NCBI GenBank assembly: GCA_963725665.1
Contig: CAVRZA010000004.1
Span: 544,001-608,000 of the forward strand
Source: an uncultured Actinomycetes bacterium
GTDB lineage: Bacteria; Actinomycetota; Thermoleophilia; UBA2241
Direction: 5' to 3'
Length of the DNA: 64,000 nucleotides
Below, in pieces: positions 40,924 through 50,795 of the stretch. Position 1 is the first letter of the stretch; every line of letters starts with the position of its first letter. The notes below the pieces were generated by a model, which saw only the letters and a list, made by a program, of their open reading frames with translations, was not told the origin of the DNA and ran no database searches. The translations under genes and the position numbers were made by a program.

Positions 40924-43358
40924 GCGCCCAGGCGGCCGTGCCGCTCAGCGCCTACGAGCCGGCCCAGCGGGCGAGCCTTCGCGATTGGCTCACCACGACC
41001 AACCACAAGCGGATCGGCATCCTCTACATCGCCACGGCGCTGATCTATTTCCTGGTCGCGGTGACCTTTGCGATGCTGATGCGCACGCAGCTCATCAGAC
41101 CCAACAACGACTTCCTCACGCCCGAGCAGTACAACCAGATCTTCTCCATGCACGGCACCACCATGATCTTCCTCTTCGGCATGCCGATCCTCATCGGCTT
41201 CGCCAACTACCTCGTGCCGCTGATGATCGGCGCCCGTGACATGGCTTTCCCGCGTCTCAACATGCTCAGCTACTGGCTGTTCCTGTTCGGCGGGATCCTG
41301 ATGTACAGCAGCTTTCTCTTCGGCGGCGCGCTCGACACCGGCTGGTTCAGCTACGCGCCGCTCACCGAGAAGGCGTACTCGCCCCACGACGGGGTGACGT
41401 TCTGGATCGTGTCTCTGGCCGTCCTCGGCGTCTCCTCCCTCGTGGGGGCCGTCAACTTCATCGTGACCATGCTGAGACTGCGCGCGCCGGGCATGACCTG
41501 GCTGCGCATGCCGCTCTTCGCTCAGGCGACCTACATCAACTCGTTCCTGATCTTGTTCGCCATCCCCAGCCTGTCGGCCGCCACGGCGCTCCTGTACCTC
41601 GACCGCCTGCACGGCACGACGTGGTTCAACGCCGCCACCGGCGGCGACCCCATCATCTGGCAGCACCTCTTCTGGTTCTTCGGTCACCCCGAGGTCTACA
41701 TCCTTATACTGCCGGCCTTCGGCATGATGAGTGAGGTGGTGCCGATCTTCTCGCGCAAGGTGCTGTTCGGCCGCACGACGATGATCATCATGCTGGCGGC
41801 CATCGGGTTCCTCGGCTTCATCGTGTGGGCGCACCACATGTTCGCCACGGGTCTGCCCACTTACTTCAACACCATCATGGCGGGAACCAGCATGCTGATC
41901 GCCATCCCGACCGGGGTGAAGATCTTCAACTGGTTGGCGACCATGTGGGGCGGTTCTTTGCGCTTCAAGACGCCACTGCTGTTCGCCTGCGGCCTGATCG
42001 CCCTCTTCACCATCGGCGGCATCACCGGCGTGATGCAGGCCGTAGTGCCGTTCGACTGGCAGGTGACCGACACGTTCTTCATCGTCGGCCACCTGCACAA
42101 CGTGCTCTTCGCGGGTACGATCTTCGGCGTCTTCGCCGGCTTCTACTACTGGTTCCCCAAGATCACCGGCCGGCTGCTCGACGACCGTCTCGGCAAATGG
42201 CACTTCTGGATCATGGTCGTGGGGTTCAGCCTGACGTTCCTGCCGATGTACGCGCTTGGTCTCATGGGCATGCCTCGGCGGGTCTACACCTACGCATCCA
42301 ACCTGGGCTGGAACGACCTCAACCTGGTCTCGTCGATCGGTGGCTACATCCTCGCCGTGTCGATTACCGTCTTCGTGGTCAACGTTGTGCGCAGCCTGCG
42401 ATCAGGCGAGGTGGCCGGCGACAACCCGTGGGACGCGTGGACGCTGGAGTGGGCCACCACGTCTCCGCCGCCGCCCGACAACTTCACCTCGCTACCGCCG
42501 ATCCACAGCGCGAGACCGCTCTGGGATCTCAAGCACCCCGAGGATCCTGATGAGCCCAGCTCCCACGATGCGGCGGTGGCGGTGGCACCTGAGGCGGGGG
42601 GAGACAGCGGAGGAGCCGACGGCTTTTTGGCCGAGTCCGGGCACTCGACACTCGTGCCTCTCTTCACCGGCGTGGCCATCCTCGTGATGGCGATCGGGCT
42701 GCTCACCTCGCTCCTTGTGTCTCTTGCCGGCATCCTGATGCTCTTCGTTGTGGCTGCCCAGTGGCTCTCATCGCCCTTCCCGCCTCCCGATGCGCCGGAC
42801 GAGCCCGGCGCTCGCTTCACGATCGCCGGCTTGGGCATGCTGGTCTTCCTCGGATCGGAGGTAGTCTTTTTCGGCTCGCTCATCGCCGCCGCCGTTCACC
42901 TGCGTATCCACACCAGCACGCTCGGCCCGTTCGGCCTGGGCCTCACTCTGCCCATCGTCAACACGGTCGTTCTCATCAGCAGCGGCATCGCCGCCCATTA
43001 CGCCCTCGTCAGCCTGCGGAAGGGCCGTAGCGGGTGGTTCGCCTTCCTGGTCGTTCTGACGATCGCGCTTGGAGCCACCTTCCTGGCCGGCCAGGCCTGG
43101 GAGTACACGCATGTCGGCTTCGGTCTCTCGAGCGGCGTGGAGGGATCGACCTTCTTCACCCTGACCGGGTTCCACGGCGCCCACGTCACCGCCGGCATCC
43201 TGGTGCTGCTGTACGTGTTCGTGCGCATCAGAAGGCAGAGGAGACTCGCTGCCGCGACGGGCGACGGCGGCACGGGCATCATGGAGGCCGGCACCTACTA
43301 CTGGCATTTCGTCGACGCCGTGTGGGTGGCCGTCTTCGTCGTCGTCTACCTGCTCTGA
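40920..43358 (+). CDS. ctaD: Cytochrome c oxidase subunit I fused to subunit III (A1 type)
   Basis: MHGTTM, WFFGHPEVY, WAHHMF, GHLHNV, GMPRR; C-terminal FLGSEV..TGFHGAHV..YYWHFVDAVW. Confidence 0.94.
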   Translation: MSAQAAVPLSAYEPAQRASLRDWLTTTNHKRIGILYIATALIYFLVAVTFAMLMRTQLIRPNNDFLTPEQYNQIFSMHGTTMIFLFGMPILIGFANYLVPLMIGARDMAFPRLNMLSYWLFLFGGILMYSSFLFGGALDTGWFSYAPLTEKAYSPHDGVTFWIVSLAVLGVSSLVGAVNFIVTMLRLRAPGMTWLRMPLFAQATYINSFLILFAIPSLSAATALLYLDRLHGTTWFNAATGGDPIIWQHLFWFFGHPEVYILILPAFGMMSEVVPIFSRKVLFGRTTMIIMLAAIGFLGFIVWAHHMFATGLPTYFNTIMAGTSMLIAIPTGVKIFNWLATMWGGSLRFKTPLLFACGLIALFTIGGITGVMQAVVPFDWQVTDTFFIVGHLHNVLFAGTIFGVFAGFYYWFPKITGRLLDDRLGKWHFWIMVVGFSLTFLPMYALGLMGMPRRVYTYASNLGWNDLNLVSSIGGYILAVSITVFVVNVVRSLRSGEVAGDNPWDAWTLEWATTSPPPPDNFTSLPPIHSARPLWDLKHPEDPDEPSSHDAAVAVAPEAGGDSGGADGFLAESGHSTLVPLFTGVAILVMAIGLLTSLLVSLAGILMLFVVAAQWLSSPFPPPDAPDEPGARFTIAGLGMLVFLGSEVVFFGSLIAAAVHLRIHTSTLGPFGLGLTLPIVNTVVLISSGIAAHYALVSLRKGRSGWFAFLVVLTIALGATFLAGQAWEYTHVGFGLSSGVEGSTFFTLTGFHGAHVTAGILVLLYVFVRIRRQRRLAAATGDGGTGIMEAGTYYWHFVDAVWVAVFVVVYLL

Positions 43359-43427
43359 TCTGCAGTCGGACCCGTCGTGCCTCAATGGGGGTCTTCGGGG
43401 CCAGGCGTGGGCCCAGCCGTCGGCCGG

Positions 43428-45103
43428 TTATCCCGGTGCAGGCGACGGCGGCGGCAGCGCGCGGAAGGTCAGCGGCACGACGACCGCGTTGGCCGTTTCC
43501 TGGATGACGACCTCGATGTTCCAGTCCCCCGCGATCGACGGCTCGACGGCCGTACCTCGCCAGGCGCCGTTCGGACTTTGGCTGAGTGTCAGTGTCGATT
43601 GTCCTATGGACGGTCGCGCGGGGAGGGAGAGATTCAGCTGCACGGAGCTGACGTTGGCGAGCTGCTTGCCGGTGTCGTACTCACTGACCGTCAAGAGGAA
43701 CTCGTTCCGGCCGACAGTCCCCGGCGTGACTGTGAGACGCACCCGCACCGTTGTCGCGTAGTCGCTGCCCGACACCGTCACGCCAGGTCCGGAGGGACTC
43801 TGCCTCGGACTGTTGGCGAACGCTGGCGCGAGTCCGACGAGTACTGCGGTCACGGCGAGTATGCCGGTGGCAACTGCGACCTCGCTACCTGCCGCGCGCC
43901 TGAAGGGTTGGATTGCCTCGCTTCGGCTTGCCAGAGCCGGCACGAGCCGAAAGCGGTTGAGCGCGCCCAGCGAAGCGAGGACCACGACCAGTCCCACCTT
44001 GATCAGGAGCGCGTTGCCGTAGCTCGTGGTGAGGAGGTTGCCGATCGAGCTCACCTCGGTCATGGCTCGCAGAAGACCTGTGAGGAGCACCGCCGCTAGC
44101 GCGATGCCCGCGACGGTCGAATACCGAGCGACAGCCCGTCCGCGCTCGTGCTCGCCCTTCTCGTGAATGCCGAGCAAGAGCCACGCGAGGCCCCCGATCC
44201 ACGCGCCAACGGCGATCATATGCACCCACTGTTCGGTGAGGTTGAGCGGCCGCAAGGGCGCCGCTGCGTCGGCGTGACCGGCCAGCACGTGCACCAGCAT
44301 CGCGAGAGCCGCGGCCGCGCCGACGGCGGCGAGCGTCGATCGCCGGGGCATGAGGTCAGCGACGGCCACCGCGACCCCGCACACAAGAACGGCTACACCC
44401 TGGGCGAGGAGCAGATACCCCGCGCGCGTTTCAAAGAGCGGCAAGAGCGACGGAACCCCGACGCTGGCGCGTTCGGCCAGCGTCATTGCTGACAGGCCCA
44501 CCGCCGCCGACAGCACGGCGCCGCGGAGCAACGTCGTGCCCCCCGCGGGGAGTCTGCCGCTTCAGGGCGATGAGGCACGTCGTGGCGGCGCCGACGAGTA
44601 GCGCGAGCCCCCAGTAGAGCAGCCAGCGGCCGGCGGCCGAGGCCGCAGAGAGCGTCCACGACGTCGCCGGCCGCACGTCGGCCGCGGTCGGCGGCGGGAC
44701 TACTCCGACGCCGAACGCGAACGCTCCGACGACCACATGACCGTCGGTCGCTGACACCGAGCGCCAGTCGACGGTGTACGCACCGCGAGGAAGGGCTTGT
44801 GAGAGCGTGACGCGGAGGTCGGCCGGGTAGCCGGAGATCGACTCTACCGCTGGAGACTCCTGGAACAGGGTGTCCGGACGCATCCACCAGCTCGATGCGG
44901 GAAAGCGAGGGGTCGGGCCGCTCAGAGAACGTGAGAACGATCTGCTGCGGCGACCTGGAGAGTGACGCGTTGGCCGCCGGGTTCGAGCTGACCAGGGAGG
45001 CGTGGGCTCCGGCCGCTGGGGCCAGGACGGCGAGGCAGGCGACGGTGGTCAGTAGAGCGACGGCGCCCGTCGCCAACGCCCGGAGGGTCCGCGCGAGGCT
45101 CAT
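43428..45103 (-). CDS. CopC-CopD-(FixH-like) copper import protein; frameshifts near 44850 and 44540
   Basis: AHASLVSSNP..LTFSE, YTVDWRSVSATDGH (CopC); GHADA..WVHMIAVGAWIGGL, TSYGNALLIKV (CopD); split over three frames. Confidence 0.82.
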
Positions 45104-45109
45104 TGCTGT

Positions 45110-45766
45110 CTAGGTCTTGCGACGCGCGACGGCGACACCGGCCACCACGAGGCCCAGCGCGCCGAGGGCGATGCCGATGAGGCCGAAGGTGCGCGCCGTC
45201 GACACTTGGTCCGCCGTGGCGAGGCGAGGCAGCTGAGCGTCGAGCCGCTGCGCGAGCTGCGTGCTGCTGGGAGCTTTCACGGGGAACTGGATGCTCGCGG
45301 GGTCCTCCACTGTGGCGAAAGTCGTCGGGGAGCTCGTGAAGCTCTCATCGACGCTCTGCGGGCCTATCTTGCCGGTGAAGTGAAAGGTGTAGTTGCCCGG
45401 CGCCGTGGGGATCAGCCACGCCCTGTAGTCGCCGGGAGTGCCGACCCCCGAATCGGGGTCGAAGGTGGGTTCGAGTGCGAGCGACATCTTCTGGGTGCCG
45501 AATTCCACCGTCACGCGGAACGCACTGCTGAGGTCGAGCACTGGCTTCGCCGTACCCCGAGAGGTGAGCACGAGCTGGACGCTGTTCAGTTGCCCGGCTA
45601 TGGCCGGCTCTGCGCCCCACCCGACCAGGAAATGATAGTTGCCGACCTCTCGCGCCACATGCGCCGAGGCCGGCGCGGCGCTGCACAGCAACAGAAGTCC
45701 ACCCAGCAGGGCCGCGCTTCCGATGCGTCTAACGAGGGCTCCTCGGTTCACGAACCACCTCCTCAA
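45110..45766 (-). CDS. Exported protein with His at mature N-terminus and C-terminal anchor, likely copper-related
   Basis: Signal peptide ending ASA-H; C-terminal TM plus RRK; directly upstream of copCD. Confidence 0.6.
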   Translation of the reverse strand: MRRWFVNRGALVRRIGSAALLGGLLLLCSAAPASAHVAREVGNYHFLVGWGAEPAIAGQLNSVQLVLTSRGTAKPVLDLSSAFRVTVEFGTQKMSLALEPTFDPDSGVGTPGDYRAWLIPTAPGNYTFHFTGKIGPQSVDESFTSSPTTFATVEDPASIQFPVKAPSSTQLAQRLDAQLPRLATADQVSTARTFGLIGIALGALGLVVAGVAVARRKT

Positions 45767-45782
45767 TTGACTCCGCTACGCA

Positions 45783-45797
45783 TATGCCCTGAGGGTA
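45783..45797. promoter_or_regulatory. Possible CsoR/RicR-type operator
   Basis: tatgccctgagggta, an imperfect TACCC..GGGTA pseudo-palindrome just upstream of the copper genes. Confidence 0.3.
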
Positions 45798-45889
45798 AGT
45801 CTCGCAGTCCCAAGGAGGGTACACGAGATTGACCAACCCTCGATCTACGGGAGTGTCGGGCCGCACGGCCGAGCGCCCACCGTGCGAGA

Positions 45890-46630
45890 CTACTCCCAGC
45901 GGAAGACGCGCAGCGACACCACCCCCGCGGCGGCGCCGTACAGGGCCGTGATCAAGAGCTGCTGCCAGTCCATGGCACCCGTGTTCCAGGGCTCCTGCAA
46001 CGCCTGGACGAGGTGGTACAGAGGTAGAACCTGGCCGACGCGCAGGAGCCAGGTGGGGAGGAGCTCGAGGGGACTGGCAGTGCCGGAGAGGAACATCATG
46101 GTGAACCAGAGGAGGAGCCCGGCGCCCTGCACGGCGCGCGCGCTCGGCAGCAGGCCGGCGAGCAGGATGCCGATGGCGGCGAACGTGGCCACGCCGACGA
46201 CGGCGGTGAGGAGTACGCGCACGACGGAGTCGGGCTGGTTGGCGTCGTAGACCAAGGCTCCCAGCAGGTAGACGAGGAGGCCGCCGACGACGGCGATGAG
46301 GACCGCCACGACCGTCTGCGAGCCGAAGTACGTGAGCTCCTTGAGCCCCGAAGCTCGCAAACGGCGGAGCACTCCGCGTTCGCGGTAGGTAGCCAGGTGT
46401 ACAGGTAGCGAGATCATGCCGATGGACGCGATCACCAGACCGATGTAACCCGGCACGTAGTAGTCCATCGCGAGGACGTCCCCGAAGTTCCCTCCAGTCA
46501 CCCGGTCATTGCGGAAGATCCCGCCCAGGACGAGCAGCACGAGCAGGGGGAAGGCGAACGTGAAGATCATCGTCACCGGCTCGCGAACGAGCAGCTTGAT
46601 CTCGGTCCAGGTGAGCTTCCAGAGGGCCAT
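45890..46630 (-). CDS. ABC-2 exporter permease
   Basis: YRERGVLRRLRAS, FLSG..P, six TM helices. Confidence 0.88.
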   Translation of the reverse strand: MALWKLTWTEIKLLVREPVTMIFTFAFPLLVLLVLGGIFRNDRVTGGNFGDVLAMDYYVPGYIGLVIASIGMISLPVHLATYRERGVLRRLRASGLKELTYFGSQTVVAVLIAVVGGLLVYLLGALVYDANQPDSVVRVLLTAVVGVATFAAIGILLAGLLPSARAVQGAGLLLWFTMMFLSGTASPLELLPTWLLRVGQVLPLYHLVQALQEPWNTGAMDWQQLLITALYGAAAGVVSLRVFRWE

Positions 46631-46636
46631 CGTCCG

Positions 46637-47608
46637 CTACTCCCGCAACGCGTGGCCGGTGAGCGCGAGGAAGACGTCCTCGAGCGAGGGTTGCTCGAGG
46701 CGCAGGTCGGCCGGCGCGATGCCGTGGTCGACGAGCTCGGCCGCGACGAGGGCCAGCACCGGTCCCGTGCCCCGCACGAGCACGCAGGTGCCCTCGTGGA
46801 CGAGCTCGTCGACGCAGGGGACGTCGCAGAGCCAGGAGAGGTCGGGCTCGTCGGTGGTGAAGGTCACGCGCACGCCGCCGGCGTAGCTCTCGACGAGGCC
46901 CCGCGGCGTGTCGCTGGCGACGATACGCCCGCCGTCCATGACGGCGATACGGTCGCAGAGGCGCTCGGCCTCCTCCATGAAGTGGGTGACGAGGACCACC
47001 GTGCTGCCGCGCTCGCGGATCTCACGGACGAGGTCCCAGGCGACGCGGCGCGCGGCGGGGTCGAGCCCGGTCGTCATCTCGTCGAGGAAGACGACCTCAG
47101 GGTGGTTGACGAGCGCCAGCGCGACGAAGAGACGCTGGCGCTGGCCGCCCGAGAGGCTGTGGAACGAGGCCTTGGCCTTGTCGGCGAGACCCCACCGCTC
47201 GAGGAGAAGACGCCAGTCGGAGTGGCCGGGGACGAACGACGAGAAGAGGTCGAGCGCCTCCCAGACGCGCATGTGGTCGGGGAGCGAGGACTGTTGAAGT
47301 TGGCAGCCGATGCGCGGACGGAGCTGCGCCGTCTGGTGCTGCGGGTCGAGACCGAGAACCCGCAGGCTGCCGCCGTCGCAGTGCCGCAGCCCCTGCAGGC
47401 ACTCGACGGTCGTCGTCTTGCCGGCGCCGTTGGGCCCGAGGAGGCCGAAGATCTCGCCGCGCAGGACCTCGAAGGTGGCCTCCTGCACCGCGACGACGTC
47501 GTGGTAGCGCTTCGTCAGGCCGTGCACGTCGATGACGATCTCGCGCCGATCGGCGTCACGCTGGTCCGCCTCGGGGCGTGCGGGTTCAGGGATGTCGGTG
47601 GCCATCAC
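46637..47608 (-). CDS. ABC exporter ATP-binding protein
   Basis: GPNGAGKTT, LSGGQRQR, FLDEMTTGLD, VTH. Confidence 0.93.
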   Translation of the reverse strand: MMATDIPEPARPEADQRDADRREIVIDVHGLTKRYHDVVAVQEATFEVLRGEIFGLLGPNGAGKTTTVECLQGLRHCDGGSLRVLGLDPQHQTAQLRPRIGCQLQQSSLPDHMRVWEALDLFSSFVPGHSDWRLLLERWGLADKAKASFHSLSGGQRQRLFVALALVNHPEVVFLDEMTTGLDPAARRVAWDLVREIRERGSTVVLVTHFMEEAERLCDRIAVMDGGRIVASDTPRGLVESYAGGVRVTFTTDEPDLSWLCDVPCVDELVHEGTCVLVRGTGPVLALVAAELVDHGIAPADLRLEQPSLEDVFLALTGHALRE

Positions 47609-47712
47609 GAGACGTGGAGGAGTGTGGTCGAAGCTCGTACCATGCTACACCTTGGACGGTCGCAACACGGCGTCCCATCGCCGCGTGCCCGGGCTTGAGT
47701 CGCAGGCTCCTT

Positions 47713-48690
47713 CTAGCCGTCTCGCGGCGCGGCGACCTGCTCGTCGGCTGTCCCGACGGTGCGAGCGCCAGGTCCCGCCTCCGCGGCGCGCAGCGAGCCC
47801 ACCTCGATGAAGACCCGTGTGATCTCCGGGAAGCGCTCTCGGAGCCGTTCCTCGATGCGATCCACTGCGGCGCGGATCTCGTTCGCGGCCAGCCCGGGCT
47901 CGAACGCGACCTCCAGGTTGAGGAGCACATCCTCCGGCCCCAGGTGCATCGTCAGCACAGGTCCCAGCTCCGCCACCGCAGGGTCGGCCTGCACGATCTC
48001 CTTGATCTCGCGCACAACGTCGGGGCTCATGGCCTCGCCCAGCAAGAGGCCCCTGCTCTCGGCAGCGAGCAGGAAGGCCGCCGAGGCGAGCAGCAGGCCG
48101 ATGAGGATGGAGCCCACGCCGTCGATGTAGGGGTTGTCGAGCCGGTGGCCGAGGAAGACGACGAGGAAGGCGATCGCGAGGCCGACCAGCGCCAGGCTGT
48201 CCTCGACGACGACGGTGAAGATGCTCGGGTCCTTGCCCTCGCGGATGACTCGCAGCACCGGCGTCTCGGGATGCACCTTGCGGAGCTGCCGGTAGGCGAT
48301 CCACCACGAGGCGCCCTCGAAGATGGCCGCCGCGGCCAGGACGACGTAGTTCCAGGTCGGGTCCTCGAGTGGGGAGGGGTTGCGCAGGTGGATGATGCCC
48401 TCGTAGATCGACATGCCGCCGCCGATGCCGAAGATGGCGAGCGCCACGATGAGGCTCCAGAAGTAGAGCTCCTGCCCGTGACCGAAGGGGTGGGCCTCGT
48501 CGGCGGGCCTCTTGCTGCGCTGTAGCCCGAGGAGCAGCAGGCCGCCGTTGCCGGTGTCGACGAGGGAGTGGATGCCTTCGGCGAGCATGGCCGAGCTGCC
48601 GGTGACGCTCGCCGCCGCGAACTTGATGGTCGCGATCGCCGCGTTGCCGGCTATCGCCGCCAGTACCGCCTTCTTCGACTCGGCAGCCAT
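47713..48690 (-). CDS. Cation diffusion facilitator transporter
   Basis: AEGIHSLVDTGN, HPFGHGQELYFW, EDSLAL; RBS AGGAG. Confidence 0.9.
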   Translation of the reverse strand: MAAESKKAVLAAIAGNAAIATIKFAAASVTGSSAMLAEGIHSLVDTGNGGLLLLGLQRSKRPADEAHPFGHGQELYFWSLIVALAIFGIGGGMSIYEGIIHLRNPSPLEDPTWNYVVLAAAAIFEGASWWIAYRQLRKVHPETPVLRVIREGKDPSIFTVVVEDSLALVGLAIAFLVVFLGHRLDNPYIDGVGSILIGLLLASAAFLLAAESRGLLLGEAMSPDVVREIKEIVQADPAVAELGPVLTMHLGPEDVLLNLEVAFEPGLAANEIRAAVDRIEERLRERFPEITRVFIEVGSLRAAEAGPGARTVGTADEQVAAPRDG

Positions 48691-48707
48691 CGTGTCTCCT
48701 GGTGCCG

Positions 48708-48757
48708 GGGCGAGGCCGGCGCCGCGAGAGGGTCCTCTCGCGGCGCCGGCCTCGCCC
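48708..48757. repeat. Perfect 23-bp inverted repeat between AKR and CDF genes
   Basis: gggcgaggccggcgccgcgagag-ggtc-ctctcgcggcgccggcctcgccc. Confidence 0.8.
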
Positions 48758-49576
48758 TCACTCGACGTCGCTCGGGTCCCAGGCGATGCGCAGACCCTCG
48801 TGGAGGCCGTCGAGCCGCGCCATCTCGTCTGCCGAGAGTTCGAAGTCGAAGACGTCGCGGTTCTCCGCGATGCGCCCGCGGTGCACCGATTTGGGGATGA
48901 CGACGAGCTCGTGCTGCAGGCTCCAGCGGATGAGCACCTGGGCCGGGGTCTTGTCGTGCTGCCGGGCGATGACCGTGAGGCGTGCGTCCGAGAGGCGGCG
49001 GCCACGCGTCAGCGGACTGTACGCCTCGACCTGTATCCCGTGCCGGCGGCAGACGTCGAGCAGCTCGCGCTGGTAGAGGAAGGGGGAGAGCTCGACCTGG
49101 TTGACGGCCGGGACGACATCGGCCGCGCCCAGCAGGTGTTCGAGGTGTGCGCCGGTGAAGTTGCTCACCCCGATCGCCCTGCATCTGCCCTCGGCGAGCA
49201 GCGTCTCCATGGCCCGCCAGCTCTCGAGCCGCTTGCCCGTCACCGGCCAGTGCATCAGGTAGAGGTCGACGTAGTCGATGCCGAGGTCGCGCAGACTCGT
49301 GTCCAAGGCGCGCCGCGTCTTGTCGAAGCCCTGGTCGGCGTTCCAGAGCTTCGTCACGATGAACAGCTCTTCGCGCGCCAGTCCCGAGGCCCTCACCGCG
49401 GCGCCGACGTCGGCCTCGTTGCGATAGATGCGCGCCGTGTCGATGTGGCGGTAGCCGTCCTCGAGCGCCCAGCGCACGGCGTCCCGCGTCTCACGCCCCG
49501 GCCTCGCCTTGAACACTCCGAGGCCGAGGACCGGCATGGCGACGCCGTTGTTGAGTCTCGTCGAGGGGATGCCCAC
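48758..49576 (-). CDS. Aldo/keto reductase
   Basis: GYRHIDTARIY, TKLWN, YLMHWP, IGVSNF, IPKS. Confidence 0.93.
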   Translation of the reverse strand: MGIPSTRLNNGVAMPVLGLGVFKARPGRETRDAVRWALEDGYRHIDTARIYRNEADVGAAVRASGLAREELFIVTKLWNADQGFDKTRRALDTSLRDLGIDYVDLYLMHWPVTGKRLESWRAMETLLAEGRCRAIGVSNFTGAHLEHLLGAADVVPAVNQVELSPFLYQRELLDVCRRHGIQVEAYSPLTRGRRLSDARLTVIARQHDKTPAQVLIRWSLQHELVVIPKSVHRGRIAENRDVFDFELSADEMARLDGLHEGLRIAWDPSDVE

Positions 49577-49735
49577 CCATTCTCCTTCCCGGGGTCCCTA
49601 GGATGTCAGTCTGCCCGGCGTTGCGTCGGTCCGAACCCTGTGGTAGGTTGCCAGCTTGTCTTCTCCGCGCCGTTCCCAGGGCGCGGCCTCGGGACCGCCA
49701 CGGGCGAGTCGGCGGTCGCCGGAAGGGGCGATGCG

Positions 49736-50761
49736 ATGCGACGACGAGTCAGGGTTGCCGAGCGCCGAACGAGTCCCAGCGTCTGTCGCGCCGCGTTCGT
49801 CGTCCCCGCGACCCCGATCGTCACCATCACCTTCGCCTGCCTCGCCGCCCTCGTCGCGGTGTTCCTCTTCGCCGTCGTCATCGTCCCTCAGGCGGCCGCA
49901 GCGTCGCAGAGCGGTCGTGCGGCCACCGTCAGCGCCCAGATAGGCGATCTCGACGCACAGCTCGATGCGGTCGTCGCTCGCTACGGGGTCACCTCCCAAC
50001 GCCTGGTCGATCTGCGCGCGAGCATGCGCGCCAACAGGACCAAGCTGCGTCAGGCCGAGTTCGACCTGCTCCTGGCCAAGGCCGAGCTGCTGCGCCGCGT
50101 CGTGGCCATGTACAAGGAGCGACCCGTCGACCTGCTCGACGTCGTCATGGGCTCGGCGAGCTTCGAGGAGCTCCTCGGCAAGCTGACCATGATGCGGCGG
50201 CTCAGCGACGGCGACGCCCGGCTCGTGTCCTCGACCGTGCGCATGGAGCGCGAGCTGCTCAACGAGCGCCGCACTCTGGCGGAGTCGGTCGGCCGACTGC
50301 GGACGAGCCTCGCCGACATGACTCGCGAGCGCTCCAGCCTCGAGGCCATGCTGGCGCAGCGGCGCCACCTGGTCATCGAGCTGCGCAAGGCCGCTGTCGC
50401 CAAGGCCAAGGCGGCGGCGCGGCCCAGACCGACGCCGGCTCCCAGCTCCTCCGGCACGGTCTCAGGTGGGGGTCCCTGGTGGCCGGCAGTCCAGGCTGCT
50501 GCCGCTGCCAACGGCATCGCGGCGCGCGGTCTCTACAAGCTGATGCTCGTCGAGTCGGGAGGAGTCGCCACGGTGCGCAACGGCTCCTACTGCGGGCTCT
50601 TCCAGTACAGCAACGCGACCTGGCGGGGCGCCTGGAACCCCTGGCGCGGGGCGAGCATCTTCGACGGCGCGGCGCAGATCAAGGCCAGCGCCAGGGCCGT
50701 CAAGCTCGGCCTCGGGCCTGGCTTCTGGCCCAACACGTACGGGTACGCGTTCTCCGACTGA
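49736..50761 (+). CDS. Secreted coiled-coil (PcsB/CwlO-like) protein with C-terminal lysozyme-like domain; paralogue of 8533-9339
   Basis: Hydrophobic N-terminus; RRVVAMYK..LDVVMGSASFEELL coiled coil; VESGG..YCGLFQY..TW. Confidence 0.78.
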   Translation: MRRRVRVAERRTSPSVCRAAFVVPATPIVTITFACLAALVAVFLFAVVIVPQAAAASQSGRAATVSAQIGDLDAQLDAVVARYGVTSQRLVDLRASMRANRTKLRQAEFDLLLAKAELLRRVVAMYKERPVDLLDVVMGSASFEELLGKLTMMRRLSDGDARLVSSTVRMERELLNERRTLAESVGRLRTSLADMTRERSSLEAMLAQRRHLVIELRKAAVAKAKAAARPRPTPAPSSSGTVSGGGPWWPAVQAAAAANGIAARGLYKLMLVESGGVATVRNGSYCGLFQYSNATWRGAWNPWRGASIFDGAAQIKASARAVKLGLGPGFWPNTYGYAFSD

Positions 50762-50795
50762 CGTCGCGCCGGTCGTAGGCCGCGCCGAGGCGCGG

